DNA of 64,000 nucleotides from Nibricoccus sp. GTDB taxonomy: Bacteria > Verrucomicrobiota > Verrucomicrobiia > Opitutales > Opitutaceae. The DNA lies in assembly GCA_047602425.1 (NCBI GenBank), contig JASGHG010000001.1, positions 2,912,001-2,976,000 on the forward strand, written 5' to 3'. Position 1 is the stretch's first letter. Every line of letters starts with the position of its first letter. A program made the position numbers and the translations under genes. Shown one piece after another: positions 48,754 through 57,999 of this stretch. The notes under the pieces are model-generated. The model made no database searches. It worked only from the letters and a program-made list of their open reading frames with translations, and had not been told where the DNA came from.

Positions 48754-49851
48754 ATGGCGGGCATGAACGTTTTGTCCCTCGCCAAAGGCGCCGTGCTTTC
48801 CCAACCGGTCTATGAACCGGGTAAACCGATCGAAGATGTCGCCCGTGAACTCGGACTCGATCCGGCCGGCATCATCAAGCTCGCCTCCAACGAAAATCCC
48901 TTCGGCCCGTCGCCGCTCGCGGTCGAAGCCGCCCGCAAGGCCCTGACGCAGGCGGAACTTTATCCCGATGGCGGGTGCGTTGTGCTTCGCAACAAGCTCG
49001 CCAAAAAACTCGAACTCGCGCCCGAACAAATCGTCATCGGTAACGGCTCCAACGAGCTGCTCGAACTGGTCGGCCACGTTTTTCTCGGCCACGGGGACGA
49101 AGTCGTCATGGGCAACCCGGCCTTCATCGTCTATAAACTCGTCACGCTGCTCTTTGGCGCAAAAGCAGTCGAAGTGCCGCTCGTGAAACACCGCCACGAC
49201 CTTGGCTTGCTGCTGGAGGCGGTGACACCGCGCACCAAGATGGTTTTCCTGCCGAGCCCGAACAACCCAACTGGCACCGCCAACACACAGGAGGAAATTT
49301 TCGCCTTCGTGCGCAGCCTGCCCGAGCACGTGATCTTCGTGTACGACGAAGCCTACGCCGAATTTTTGGACAACCCGCCCGACCTGCGTCCGCTGACCAA
49401 GGAAGGCCGCAATGTTATCTGCCTGCGCACGTTTTCGAAAATCTACGGCCTCGCCTCGCTGCGCGTTGGCTACGGTTATTGCAGCCCTGAAATGGCCGGT
49501 TTGCTCAACCGCGTTCGCCAGCCTTTCAACGTCAACGCCATTGGCCAGGCCGCGGCGATTGCCGCGCTTGACGATCAAACCTTTACCGCCAAATGCCGGA
49601 AGGAAAACGCCGCTGGCCTCAAGCAACTCGAAGCCGGCTTCACGAAGCTCGGATTGGAATGGGTGCCCAGCGTGGCGAATTTCATCCTCGTGAAAGTAGG
49701 CGACGGCGTTCGCGTTTTCGGTGAACTGCAAAAACGCGGCTTAATCGTCCGCCCCATGCGCCCCTACGGCATGCCCGAATGGCTCCGCGTCACCGTCGGT
49801 ACGCCGACGCAGAACGAAAAGCTGTTGGCTGAGCTCGCAAAGGCGAAGTGA
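48754..49851 (+). CDS. hisC: Histidinol-phosphate aminotransferase
   Basis: KLASNENP, GNGSNEL, PNNPTG, DEAY, RTFSKIYGLA.LRVGY. Confidence 0.93.
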   Translation: MAGMNVLSLAKGAVLSQPVYEPGKPIEDVARELGLDPAGIIKLASNENPFGPSPLAVEAARKALTQAELYPDGGCVVLRNKLAKKLELAPEQIVIGNGSNELLELVGHVFLGHGDEVVMGNPAFIVYKLVTLLFGAKAVEVPLVKHRHDLGLLLEAVTPRTKMVFLPSPNNPTGTANTQEEIFAFVRSLPEHVIFVYDEAYAEFLDNPPDLRPLTKEGRNVICLRTFSKIYGLASLRVGYGYCSPEMAGLLNRVRQPFNVNAIGQAAAIAALDDQTFTAKCRKENAAGLKQLEAGFTKLGLEWVPSVANFILVKVGDGVRVFGELQKRGLIVRPMRPYGMPEWLRVTVGTPTQNEKLLAELAKAK

Positions 49852-49857
49852 ACCTAT

Positions 49858-50184
49858 ATGGCGCTCAAAACTATGATCGTGCGCTTACTGGCACTGCCTC
49901 TTCTATTTTGTTTGGTTCTCCCGCTTAGCGGGTGCCGAACGGCCGGAATCGTTGTTGTCGATACGGCTGGTGCGCCGATTAAGGACGCAAAAGTTGTGGG
50001 TATTTCACTTTCGATGGGCGGGCAATCGACTGTAACGAACAAGAAGGGTCGTGCGTCGATACCGTCGGCGATCCAGCAAACCCGATGGATTTACGTCACG
50101 AAAGAAGGCTACTTTCAAAGCGACCAGATAGAGGTTTCCGCCCCCAAGCCAATTAAAGTGATTTTAAGAAAACGGGGAGAATAG
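49858..50184 (+). CDS. Small putative lipoprotein, carboxypeptidase-regulatory-like fold
   Basis: LSGC lipobox; VVD..GAPI.DA.V...T...G...V.KEGY. Confidence 0.65.
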   Translation: MALKTMIVRLLALPLLFCLVLPLSGCRTAGIVVVDTAGAPIKDAKVVGISLSMGGQSTVTNKKGRASIPSAIQQTRWIYVTKEGYFQSDQIEVSAPKPIKVILRKRGE

Positions 50185-50196
50185 ATTGGGCAGGAT

Positions 50197-51276
50197 TCAA
50201 CGTTTCGCCGCCGCTCGCGTCAGCCGGTCGTTGATCGCGAGGGCGAGGGCGTCTTGGCCGGGGGCGCGTTCGGCGCGGATTTGTTTCCATTTGCCTTGAT
50301 CGAGCGCCCGCAGTTTGGCGAAAAGATTTTTGGCGGCGGTCGCTAGTTCGCCTTTTTCCGAGAGCCAGAAAATATTTTTCGGCTCGCGACCTTTTGCAAA
50401 TTCAGCGGGGCGACGGAAGTAGAGGTAGGCTTCGGTGGATCGAAGGTAGGGACGCACCGCCGGGGCGTCCGTTACCGTTGCCTGTGTCTGGCGTTGCGGA
50501 CGGCCCGGCGGTCCGTCCCTACCTTCGGAAAGCTGGTCGTACAACTTGATCGGCGTGCGCGGACTGTAGTGCCGGGCGAGCAGGCCGGGGGCGATGGCGG
50601 CTTTGGTGCGTTTGACTGTTTCGCCAGCGGCGGGTTTTACCTTTGCGCGCAGGACGCGTTCGATCGCCCGGCGTTCGATTGCACCGGGACGCAAAATCGC
50701 CGGGTGCTTCGGATCCCGCAGATCGAGGATCGTCGATTCGAGTCCGATGGCACAGTCGCCGCCTTCGAGGATGTAATGTATTTTTTTGCCAAGGCTCTCG
50801 GCGACGTGGGCGGCGCTCGTCGGGCTGATGTAGCCGAAGGGGTTCGCACTGGGAGCGGCGAGGGGACGGCCGCAGGCGTGGAGGAGTTTTCGAAAAAGCG
50901 GATGGCGTGGCATGCGGATCGCCACGCTCGGACGGCCGGAAGTCACGAGATCGGGCACGGCCGGTTTTTTCGGTAGGACGATCGTGAGCGGGCCGGGCCA
51001 GAAGGCGCGGGCGATTTTCTCGACGGCCGGATTTGTCTCAGCGAGCTGGTTGAGCTGCTTGAGCGAGTGCAGATGTACGATCAACGGATCGTTGGCGGGG
51101 CGGCCCTTGGCGCGGAAGATCTTTTCGACGGCATTCTCGTTCAACGCGTCGCCCGCCAGGCCATAGACAGTTTCCGTCGGCACGGCGACGACCTCGCCGT
51201 CGTTCAGCGCGCGGGCGAGAAAGGCGAGGTTGCGAGGGGTGCCGCGAAAAATTTTGGCGTTGGGCCTGATGGGCAT
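50197..51276 (-). CDS. sua5: L-threonylcarbamoyladenylate synthase (YrdC + SUA5 domains) with an in-frame palindromic insertion
   Basis: PTETVYGL, KGRP..DPLIVH, FWPGPLT, APSAN, APG....HYSP, AINDRL.RAA. Confidence 0.94.
   Translation of the reverse strand: MPIRPNAKIFRGTPRNLAFLARALNDGEVVAVPTETVYGLAGDALNENAVEKIFRAKGRPANDPLIVHLHSLKQLNQLAETNPAVEKIARAFWPGPLTIVLPKKPAVPDLVTSGRPSVAIRMPRHPLFRKLLHACGRPLAAPSANPFGYISPTSAAHVAESLGKKIHYILEGGDCAIGLESTILDLRDPKHPAILRPGAIERRAIERVLRAKVKPAAGETVKRTKAAIAPGLLARHYSPRTPIKLYDQLSEGRDGPPGRPQRQTQATVTDAPAVRPYLRSTEAYLYFRRPAEFAKGREPKNIFWLSEKGELATAAKNLFAKLRALDQGKWKQIRAERAPGQDALALAINDRLTRAAAKR
50441..50527. repeat. GTAG-type REP doublet (REPIN-like) inside sua5
   Basis: 31-bp inverted arms 50441-50471 and 50497-50527, 29/31 match; each contains GTAG + a 6-bp hairpin. 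Confidence 0.82.
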
Positions 51277-51287
51277 CGTGGAGGCAC

Positions 51288-51314
51288 AAAAAAACCGGAG
51301 GCATGCTCCGGTTT
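51288..51314 (-). terminator. Terminator after rpsR
   Basis: A7 + AAACCGGAG/CTCCGGTTT. Confidence 0.75.
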
Positions 51315-51339
51315 GGAAAGAGGGCGACGAGCGGATCGC

Positions 51340-51537
51340 TTATTTGGCGAGCAGCATGTTGCGCGACTTCTTGATCGTCGAGGTGACGACGCGCTGTTGT
51401 TTGGCGGAAAGGCCGGTGTATTTGCGCGGAAGGATCTTGCCGGTGTCGGTGACGTAACGGTTCATCAGCTCAGGAGCCGTGAAGGGAAAGTTTTCGGGCG
51501 TGAGGCTGTGTTGGGTTTGTTCGGGCGTGCTGCTCAT
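51340..51537 (-). CDS. rpsR: 30S ribosomal protein S18
   Basis: RYVTDTGKILPRKYTGLSAKQQR....IKKSR.MLL. Confidence 0.92.
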   Translation of the reverse strand: MSSTPEQTQHSLTPENFPFTAPELMNRYVTDTGKILPRKYTGLSAKQQRVVTSTIKKSRNMLLAK

Positions 51538-51882
51538 AAAAAGTAGAGTTGGCCAAAAAGCCACGCGCTGAGGGCCTTGTCAACAGGTTTGTCCGGGCGG
51601 AATTTCTCTTTGGGAGGGCAAATGCCTTCGCCGTCGGCGATCCGCTGCTACAAAGCAGGGGCGGGGCAGGCGAATGCTCAGAGTTTACGGCTTCGTCGCT
51701 TGGTCGGCCTCGCCAACCTTACCCTATGTCCGGTAGGGCCTTTTGACCCCACGGCGGGGCGGATTTTACAACTTTACGTAACTGTTTCGGCGGACTTGGC
51801 GGGAGGATCCAGTTGAATGGTGCCATCGCGGCCGGGACGGCCGACGACCCTCTTTTTACTCAATTTCCCGCATTTCGCTCCC

Positions 51883-54800
51883 ATGAAAACAAAGATTTTT
51901 GCCGCGTTTGCCTTATTGGTGCTCCTTGGGGCCATCGTAGTTGTTCGCCGACCCGTCGCGGAGATGGCGGTTGGGAAAAATCCAGCCGCAGCGCCGCATG
52001 CTTCCGAAACGCCGCCGGGGCTGCCCGGTGATCAAGACCGCAGCGGCTCCGCGACGACGACGGCCGAAAAAATGAGCGGCGAGCAAGCGAAGGGTGCGGT
52101 TGCCCCTACTCACACCGCCGCAGTGCCGAGTCTGAGCTTGGAGGCGGAAAAAGCATTGCTGGCGAAAATCCCTGAAGGGGACTTGCGAACGGATTTGTTG
52201 AAACTGCGGCCCGAAGTTCGCAGCCGCGTGCTTGCGCGCATCGATGAACAACAGATCCCGAAGGAGGATTTCGTGTCGTTGCGGGTTTCGGCCGAGGGCG
52301 ATCTTTTTTATGTGTGCGTCTTGAAACCCCAGGCCGAGGCTCAAGGCTCGGCGTCGGTGCACGAGGACAATGAAGTTGTGACGCGTGCCGACACGGGTGG
52401 GCTTGAACAAGCGCCCGTTCTGATCGCGAATCCTCCGGCCCGCCATTCGCGTCCCGGTGCGACCAAGGTGCTCTATCTCGACTTCAACGGCCATACGATC
52501 ACCGGCACGGCGTGGAATTCTGGCGGCAACACCCTCGTAGCGCGACCGTTCGACACGGATGGCGACGAATCGACTTTCAGCGATGCCGAACAAACGCTCA
52601 TTATCCAAGTGTGGGAACGCGTGGCGGAGGATTTCGCGCCATTTGACGTCGATGTGACGACCGAGGAACCTGCTACTTTCACCAGCACGACCGGTCGGGC
52701 GCTCATTACGCGCAACGTCGATGCCAACGGCGTCGACATGCCCTCGACTTCAGCGGGCGGCGTGGCCTACCTCAGTGTTTTCGGCAATTCCAACTACGCC
52801 ACTTACTCTTCGCCTGCGTTGGTCTATTTCAACAACCTTGGCAGTTCCGCTAGCAACATCGCCGAAGCGTCCTCGCACGAGTTGGGTCACAACCTTGGCC
52901 TCAGCCATGACGGAACGACCAGTGGTTCGACCTATTACGGCGGCCATGGTTCGGGCGATACGTCGTGGGGCCCGATCATGGGCACGGGTTATGGAAAAAA
53001 CGTTTCGCAGTGGTCGAAGGGGGAATATTACCTCGCGAACAACACGCAGGACGACCTCAGTATTATCGCGGCGCGGCTGACCTTGCGGGCCGACGATGTC
53101 GGCAACTCCACCGGTACCGCGTCGCCCTTGGTGGTTACAGCCGGTTCGTTTAGCGGCTCGGGCCGTTTGCATGCGTCGAGCGATGTCGACGTGTTTTCCG
53201 TCACGCTGGATGCGGGCACGCTCAATCTTTCCGCCATCGGTTACCGGGCGTCCAGCAGCACGCAGGGCGGCAACACCGATCTCAAACTGGAGCTGCTCGA
53301 CGCCGGAGGCGCTGTCATCGCTTCCGACGATTCGGCTTCCACCACGAAATGCTCTCTGCCGATCACCATTGGTGCGGGTAACTATTTTATTCGCATTTCC
53401 GCCTCTCAAACCGGGGCGCCGCTTATCGCTTCGCCCACGGGCTACACGAGCTACGGCTGTCTCGGTCAATACACGATCAGCGGAACCGTCACGACGACCA
53501 CCAACATCGCTCCCGCCTTTACGACCCAGCCGGCGACGCAGTCCGTGGTCAATGGCACCGGCGCCACCTTTACAGCTGCCGCTGTCGGCAATCCCGCGCC
53601 CACTTATCAGTGGTATTTCAAAGGTGCTGCGATCAGCGGTGCAACTGGCACGTCCTACACTCTGGCAACCACCAGCTCGACGAATACGGGAAACTACCAC
53701 GTCGTTGCCACCAATGCCGCGGGCACGGCCACGAGCGCGTCGGCCTATCTCACCGTGCAATACGCGACGGCGATCACGAGCCAGCCGGCCAGCATTTCGA
53801 TTCCCAGCACCACCTCCACTACGCTCAGTGTGACGGCTACTGGTGTGCCCACCCCAACCTATCAATGGTACCAAGGCGCCAGCGGTACGACGACGACTCC
53901 AATTTCCGGCGCAACTTCCGCCAGCTTCTCGACACCTTCGCTCACCGCCACGACTTCTTACTGGGTGCGCGTGACGAACCTTCTTGCCACGGTCGACAGC
54001 AACACCGCCACGGTGACCGTTGTTCCCAACGTCGCACCGGCGATCACGACGCAGCCCGTTTCGCAAACCGCCATCGCCGGCAACAATGCGACGTTGAGCG
54101 TGGTGGCGACCGGTACCCCGGCGCCGACCTATCAATGGTTTTTCAATGGCGCGTCGATCGCCAACGCCACCGGTTCCAGTTACACCCTTGCCCCCGTCGC
54201 ACCTTCCAATGCGGGCAATTACTACGTCCGCGTCAGCAATCTCGCCGGCAATGTGAACAGCAATACCGTCGCGCTCACCGTGAATGTTGTTCCGACCATC
54301 ACGGCCCAGCCCGCCAGCACCTCAATCCTCAGTGGAGCGACGGCTACACTTAACGTTACCGCCAGTGGCACACCAACTCCTACCTACCAATGGTATCAGG
54401 GCGCCAGCGGTGTCACCACCACGCCCGTTTCCGGTGCGACCTCGGCCCTGTTGACCACGCCGGCGCTTACGGCGACGACGTCTTACTGGGTGCGCGTCAG
54501 CAACGCTGCCGGCACTGCCGACAGTAACACCGCCATCGTCACGATCACCGCTGCTCTCCAACCACCGGTTATCACCAGTGCGACGCAGGCCGGCGCAGCA
54601 GTGGGAGAACCGTTCAGCTACACCATTGCCGCCACCAATTTCCCTTCTGGCTTTGCTGCCCCGGCCCTTCCTGCGGGTCTCTCGCTCAACACCATTACCG
54701 GTGTCATCACTGGTACGCCCACTGCAGCGGGCATCAACAGCGTGACGCTTAGCGCGACCAACGCGGCCGGCAGCGGCAATGCCACGCTTTCGCTCTCGGT

Positions 54801-56277
54801 GTTGCCCGCGACGACCATCACGACCTTTGCCGGCGTGCTGGGCGGCAGCGGTTCAACCAATTCCACGACGCCTACTCTGGCCAGGTTCAACGCTCCTTAC
54901 GGCATTGCGAGCGATTCCACCGGAAACATCTATATTGCCGATTCTCTCAACAACCAGATTCGCAAAGTCGCCCTTTCCGGCGCGGTGACCACCTTTGCTG
55001 GCGCCACGACTTCGGGTGTGGTTGACGGCACGGGCACCAACGCCCGGTTCAACAACCCTCGCGGCGTGGCCCTCGATGCCAACGGAAACGTTTACGTTGC
55101 CGACACCAACAATTCTACGATTCGCAGCATTACTCCTGCCGGCGTGTCCTCTCATTTTGCGGGCGCGGCCAGCATGGTCGGCTCGACCGACGGCACGGGA
55201 CTCAACGCGCGTTTCAACCTGCCCACCGCCATCGCGGTGGATGGCGCCGGCAACCTTTACGTGGCTGACACCGGTAACCACACGATTCGAAAGATTACTC
55301 CGGCGCGCGAGGTGACCACCTTGGCGGGCCTGGCTGGTTCGTCAGGCATGTCCGACGGCACGGGCACGGCGGCCCGCTTCAATTCTCCGAATGCGGTTGC
55401 CGTCGACAGCGCGGGTAATGTTTACGTGGCGGACTCTGGCAATCACACAATCCGAAAAGTAACGTCGGCGGGCGTTGTGACCACCCTGGCTGGGACTGCT
55501 GGCACGGCGGGAACGGCCGACGGCGTGGGCACGAGCGTGCAGTTCAATTCGCCTTCAGGTCTGGCGCTCGACACCGCTGGCGGGCTCTATGTTTCGGATA
55601 CGTCGAACCATACGCTAAGACTAGTGAAGATCTCGAACGGCCTGGTTGTCACGGTGGCTGGCGCCGTCGGAACTTCCGGCGCGGTCGATGGCAGCGGCGC
55701 CACCGTGCGATTTAACCGTCCATGTGGGTTGGTGGTGGATACCGACGGGTATCTCTTCGTTGCGGATAACAGCAACCACGGCATCCGTGTGACCAGCCGC
55801 AGTCCGTCGATCACCCTGCAACCTCTCAGTCAGTCTGTCACGGCTGGCACGACCGTCACGTTCACCGCCGCGGTGCTCGGGCACCCGACGCCCACTTTGC
55901 AATGGTACAAGGATAACATGGCCTTCACAGGCCCGACTTCGGCCACGCTCACCCTGACCAACGTGCAATCGACAAATGCCGGCGCTTACAAGCTCGTTGC
56001 GACAAACAATATGGGTAGTGCCACCAGCGATACCGTCATGTTGACGGTCACCGGCTCCAGCAGCTCATCTTCGTCCAGTAGCAGCAGCAGTTCCTCGTCG
56101 AGCAGTTCGTCTTCTTCCAGTTCATCGAGCAGTAGCAGCTCCAGTTCGTCGTCGGGTGCCACCGGTTCAGGCTCGTCGTCTGGTGGTGGGGGAGGTGGCG
56201 GAGGCGGGGCGCCCGGCGCGGGTTTCTTCATGGCGCTTGCCCTGTTGGCCACCCTTCGTCGGACGATTCGGCGGTAG
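51883..56277 (+). CDS. Large surface protein: metzincin protease, PPC-like, several Ig-like domains, NHL repeats, poly-Ser, GlyGly-CTERM-like tail
   Basis: HELGHNLGLSH + IMG Met-turn; repeated ITTQP...PTYQWY; ARFN.P.GIA.D..GN.YVAD repeats; G9-APG-TM-RRTIRR. Confidence 0.88.
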   Translation: MKTKIFAAFALLVLLGAIVVVRRPVAEMAVGKNPAAAPHASETPPGLPGDQDRSGSATTTAEKMSGEQAKGAVAPTHTAAVPSLSLEAEKALLAKIPEGDLRTDLLKLRPEVRSRVLARIDEQQIPKEDFVSLRVSAEGDLFYVCVLKPQAEAQGSASVHEDNEVVTRADTGGLEQAPVLIANPPARHSRPGATKVLYLDFNGHTITGTAWNSGGNTLVARPFDTDGDESTFSDAEQTLIIQVWERVAEDFAPFDVDVTTEEPATFTSTTGRALITRNVDANGVDMPSTSAGGVAYLSVFGNSNYATYSSPALVYFNNLGSSASNIAEASSHELGHNLGLSHDGTTSGSTYYGGHGSGDTSWGPIMGTGYGKNVSQWSKGEYYLANNTQDDLSIIAARLTLRADDVGNSTGTASPLVVTAGSFSGSGRLHASSDVDVFSVTLDAGTLNLSAIGYRASSSTQGGNTDLKLELLDAGGAVIASDDSASTTKCSLPITIGAGNYFIRISASQTGAPLIASPTGYTSYGCLGQYTISGTVTTTTNIAPAFTTQPATQSVVNGTGATFTAAAVGNPAPTYQWYFKGAAISGATGTSYTLATTSSTNTGNYHVVATNAAGTATSASAYLTVQYATAITSQPASISIPSTTSTTLSVTATGVPTPTYQWYQGASGTTTTPISGATSASFSTPSLTATTSYWVRVTNLLATVDSNTATVTVVPNVAPAITTQPVSQTAIAGNNATLSVVATGTPAPTYQWFFNGASIANATGSSYTLAPVAPSNAGNYYVRVSNLAGNVNSNTVALTVNVVPTITAQPASTSILSGATATLNVTASGTPTPTYQWYQGASGVTTTPVSGATSALLTTPALTATTSYWVRVSNAAGTADSNTAIVTITAALQPPVITSATQAGAAVGEPFSYTIAATNFPSGFAAPALPAGLSLNTITGVITGTPTAAGINSVTLSATNAAGSGNATLSLSVLPATTITTFAGVLGGSGSTNSTTPTLARFNAPYGIASDSTGNIYIADSLNNQIRKVALSGAVTTFAGATTSGVVDGTGTNARFNNPRGVALDANGNVYVADTNNSTIRSITPAGVSSHFAGAASMVGSTDGTGLNARFNLPTAIAVDGAGNLYVADTGNHTIRKITPAREVTTLAGLAGSSGMSDGTGTAARFNSPNAVAVDSAGNVYVADSGNHTIRKVTSAGVVTTLAGTAGTAGTADGVGTSVQFNSPSGLALDTAGGLYVSDTSNHTLRLVKISNGLVVTVAGAVGTSGAVDGSGATVRFNRPCGLVVDTDGYLFVADNSNHGIRVTSRSPSITLQPLSQSVTAGTTVTFTAAVLGHPTPTLQWYKDNMAFTGPTSATLTLTNVQSTNAGAYKLVATNNMGSATSDTVMLTVTGSSSSSSSSSSSSSSSSSSSSSSSSSSSSSSSSSGATGSGSSSGGGGGGGGGAPGAGFFMALALLATLRRTIRR
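56056..56154 (+). repeat. Poly-serine tract (33 codons)
   Basis: Mixed TCN/AGY Ser codons. Confidence 0.9.
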
Positions 56278-56418
56278 CGAAGCGCGGTTCCGCGCTCCTG
56301 CTTGATAATACCTCTCTGTTCAACAACGTGAACAGAGGGAAACTTGGCTCGTGCCCGCAACGTCGTCAGAAAAGCCAGTTCCCGTGTTTTTCACACCAGC
56401 CCCGATCGACTGACCACC

Positions 56419-57831
56419 ATGCCTACCCGATATTTTTGTGTCTTAGCACTCTTTTTGGCCGCCGCCATTCCCTTCACCGCCACGGCAAAACCAGTGGGCT
56501 GGGAATCCATGCCCGCCATCCTCGCCCGCATCAAGGCTCCGGAATTTCCGTCGCGCGATTTCGAAATCACAAAATACGGCGCGGTCGCGGGTGGCGCCGA
56601 TTGCACCGATGCGATCAAGCAGGCCATCGCTGCCTGCAACAAGGCGGGCGGCGGTCGCGTGGTTGTGCCCGCGGGCGTCTGGCACACCGGCGCCGTTCAC
56701 CTCCTGAGCAACGTCAACCTCCACATTAGCGAAGGCGCCACGCTTAAATTTTTTCCCGATCAGACCAAATACCTGCCCAACGTGCTCACGCGCATTGGCG
56801 GTATCGAGTGTTTCAACTACTCGCCTCTCATCTACGCGTTCGAACAGGAAAACATCGCGCTCACCGGCAAGGGGATCATCGACGGCGGCGCCTCGTGGGA
56901 GAAAGGCGGCTGGTGGGAATGGACCAAACGCGGCAAGCTCGCCAAGGAAGGCCAGGCCAGCGGCGACCGCATCATGGAGATGGAGGAGAAACAAATTCCC
57001 GTTGCCCAGCGCATCTTTGGCGAAGGTCACTATCATCGCCCGAATTTCGTCCAACCTTTCCGCTGCAAAAACGTCCTCATCGAAGGCGTCACAATCCACA
57101 ACTCGCCCAACTGGGAAATCCATCCCGTCTATTGCACCAACGTCACCGTCCGCGGACTCACGATCGACACCCACGGCCCGAACAATGATGGCATCGATCC
57201 CGATTCGTGCCGCGACGTGCTGATCGAAAACTGCTCCATCGACACCGGTGACGACTGCATCGCGATCAAGTCCGGCATCAACGACGACGGTCGCCGCGTC
57301 GGCCTCCCTTCGGAAAACCTCATCATCCGCAACTGTGTGATGAAGGACGGCCATGGCGGCGTCGTGCTCGGCAGCGAAGTGGCCGGCAGCGTGCGCAATG
57401 TCTTCGTCGAAAACTGCAAAATGGACAGCCCGCACCTCGACCGCGCGCTGCGCTTTAAGTCCAACGCCCGCCGCGGCGGCGTGCTCGAAAACGTTTTCCT
57501 GCGCAACATCGAGATCGGCCGCGTCGCCGAGGCGATTGTCACCGTCGACTTCCTCTACGCCGAAGGCGCGAAAGGTCCGCACAAGCCCGTCGTGCGCAAC
57601 GTCCGCCTCGAAAATGTCACCAGCAAGTCCAGTCCGCGTGTGTTGTACGTGATCGGCTTCCCCGGCGCGATTGTCGATGACGTCGAGTTCGTGAACTGCA
57701 CATTCCGCGGCGTCGAAACCGCCGAAGTCGTGATGAACTCCGCCAACTTCTCTTTCCGCAACACGACCATCGAACCAGCGAAGCTGCCGAAGGCACTCAA
57801 CTCGCCCAAGGTCGAACCGGCGAAAGAGTAA
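56419..57831 (+). CDS. Glycoside hydrolase family 28 (polygalacturonase-like)
   Basis: Signal peptide; NNDGIDP, GDDCIAIKSG, GHGG..LGSE, RFKS. Confidence 0.92.
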   Translation: MPTRYFCVLALFLAAAIPFTATAKPVGWESMPAILARIKAPEFPSRDFEITKYGAVAGGADCTDAIKQAIAACNKAGGGRVVVPAGVWHTGAVHLLSNVNLHISEGATLKFFPDQTKYLPNVLTRIGGIECFNYSPLIYAFEQENIALTGKGIIDGGASWEKGGWWEWTKRGKLAKEGQASGDRIMEMEEKQIPVAQRIFGEGHYHRPNFVQPFRCKNVLIEGVTIHNSPNWEIHPVYCTNVTVRGLTIDTHGPNNDGIDPDSCRDVLIENCSIDTGDDCIAIKSGINDDGRRVGLPSENLIIRNCVMKDGHGGVVLGSEVAGSVRNVFVENCKMDSPHLDRALRFKSNARRGGVLENVFLRNIEIGRVAEAIVTVDFLYAEGAKGPHKPVVRNVRLENVTSKSSPRVLYVIGFPGAIVDDVEFVNCTFRGVETAEVVMNSANFSFRNTTIEPAKLPKALNSPKVEPAKE

Positions 57832-57999
57832 TCGCAAGTCGAACGCGGGGAGAAATTCAATTTCCCGAGCGTGACGGCTTGTCGCGCTCTGTGACGCCCC
57901 CAGGTTCAGCTCGGCACACAGGGATTTTGGCATGCGAATCCTGCCAAGGGAAGCACCTAGGTTTCCATTTGGAACATTCCATGCAAGAATGTGGGCACC

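Noticed and set aside
51630..51760. Degenerate REP-like hairpins between rpsR and the surface protease
   Set aside because: A hairpin (GGTCGGC/GCCAACC) and GTAG/CTAC words are present, but no consistent inverted pair; too weak to call.
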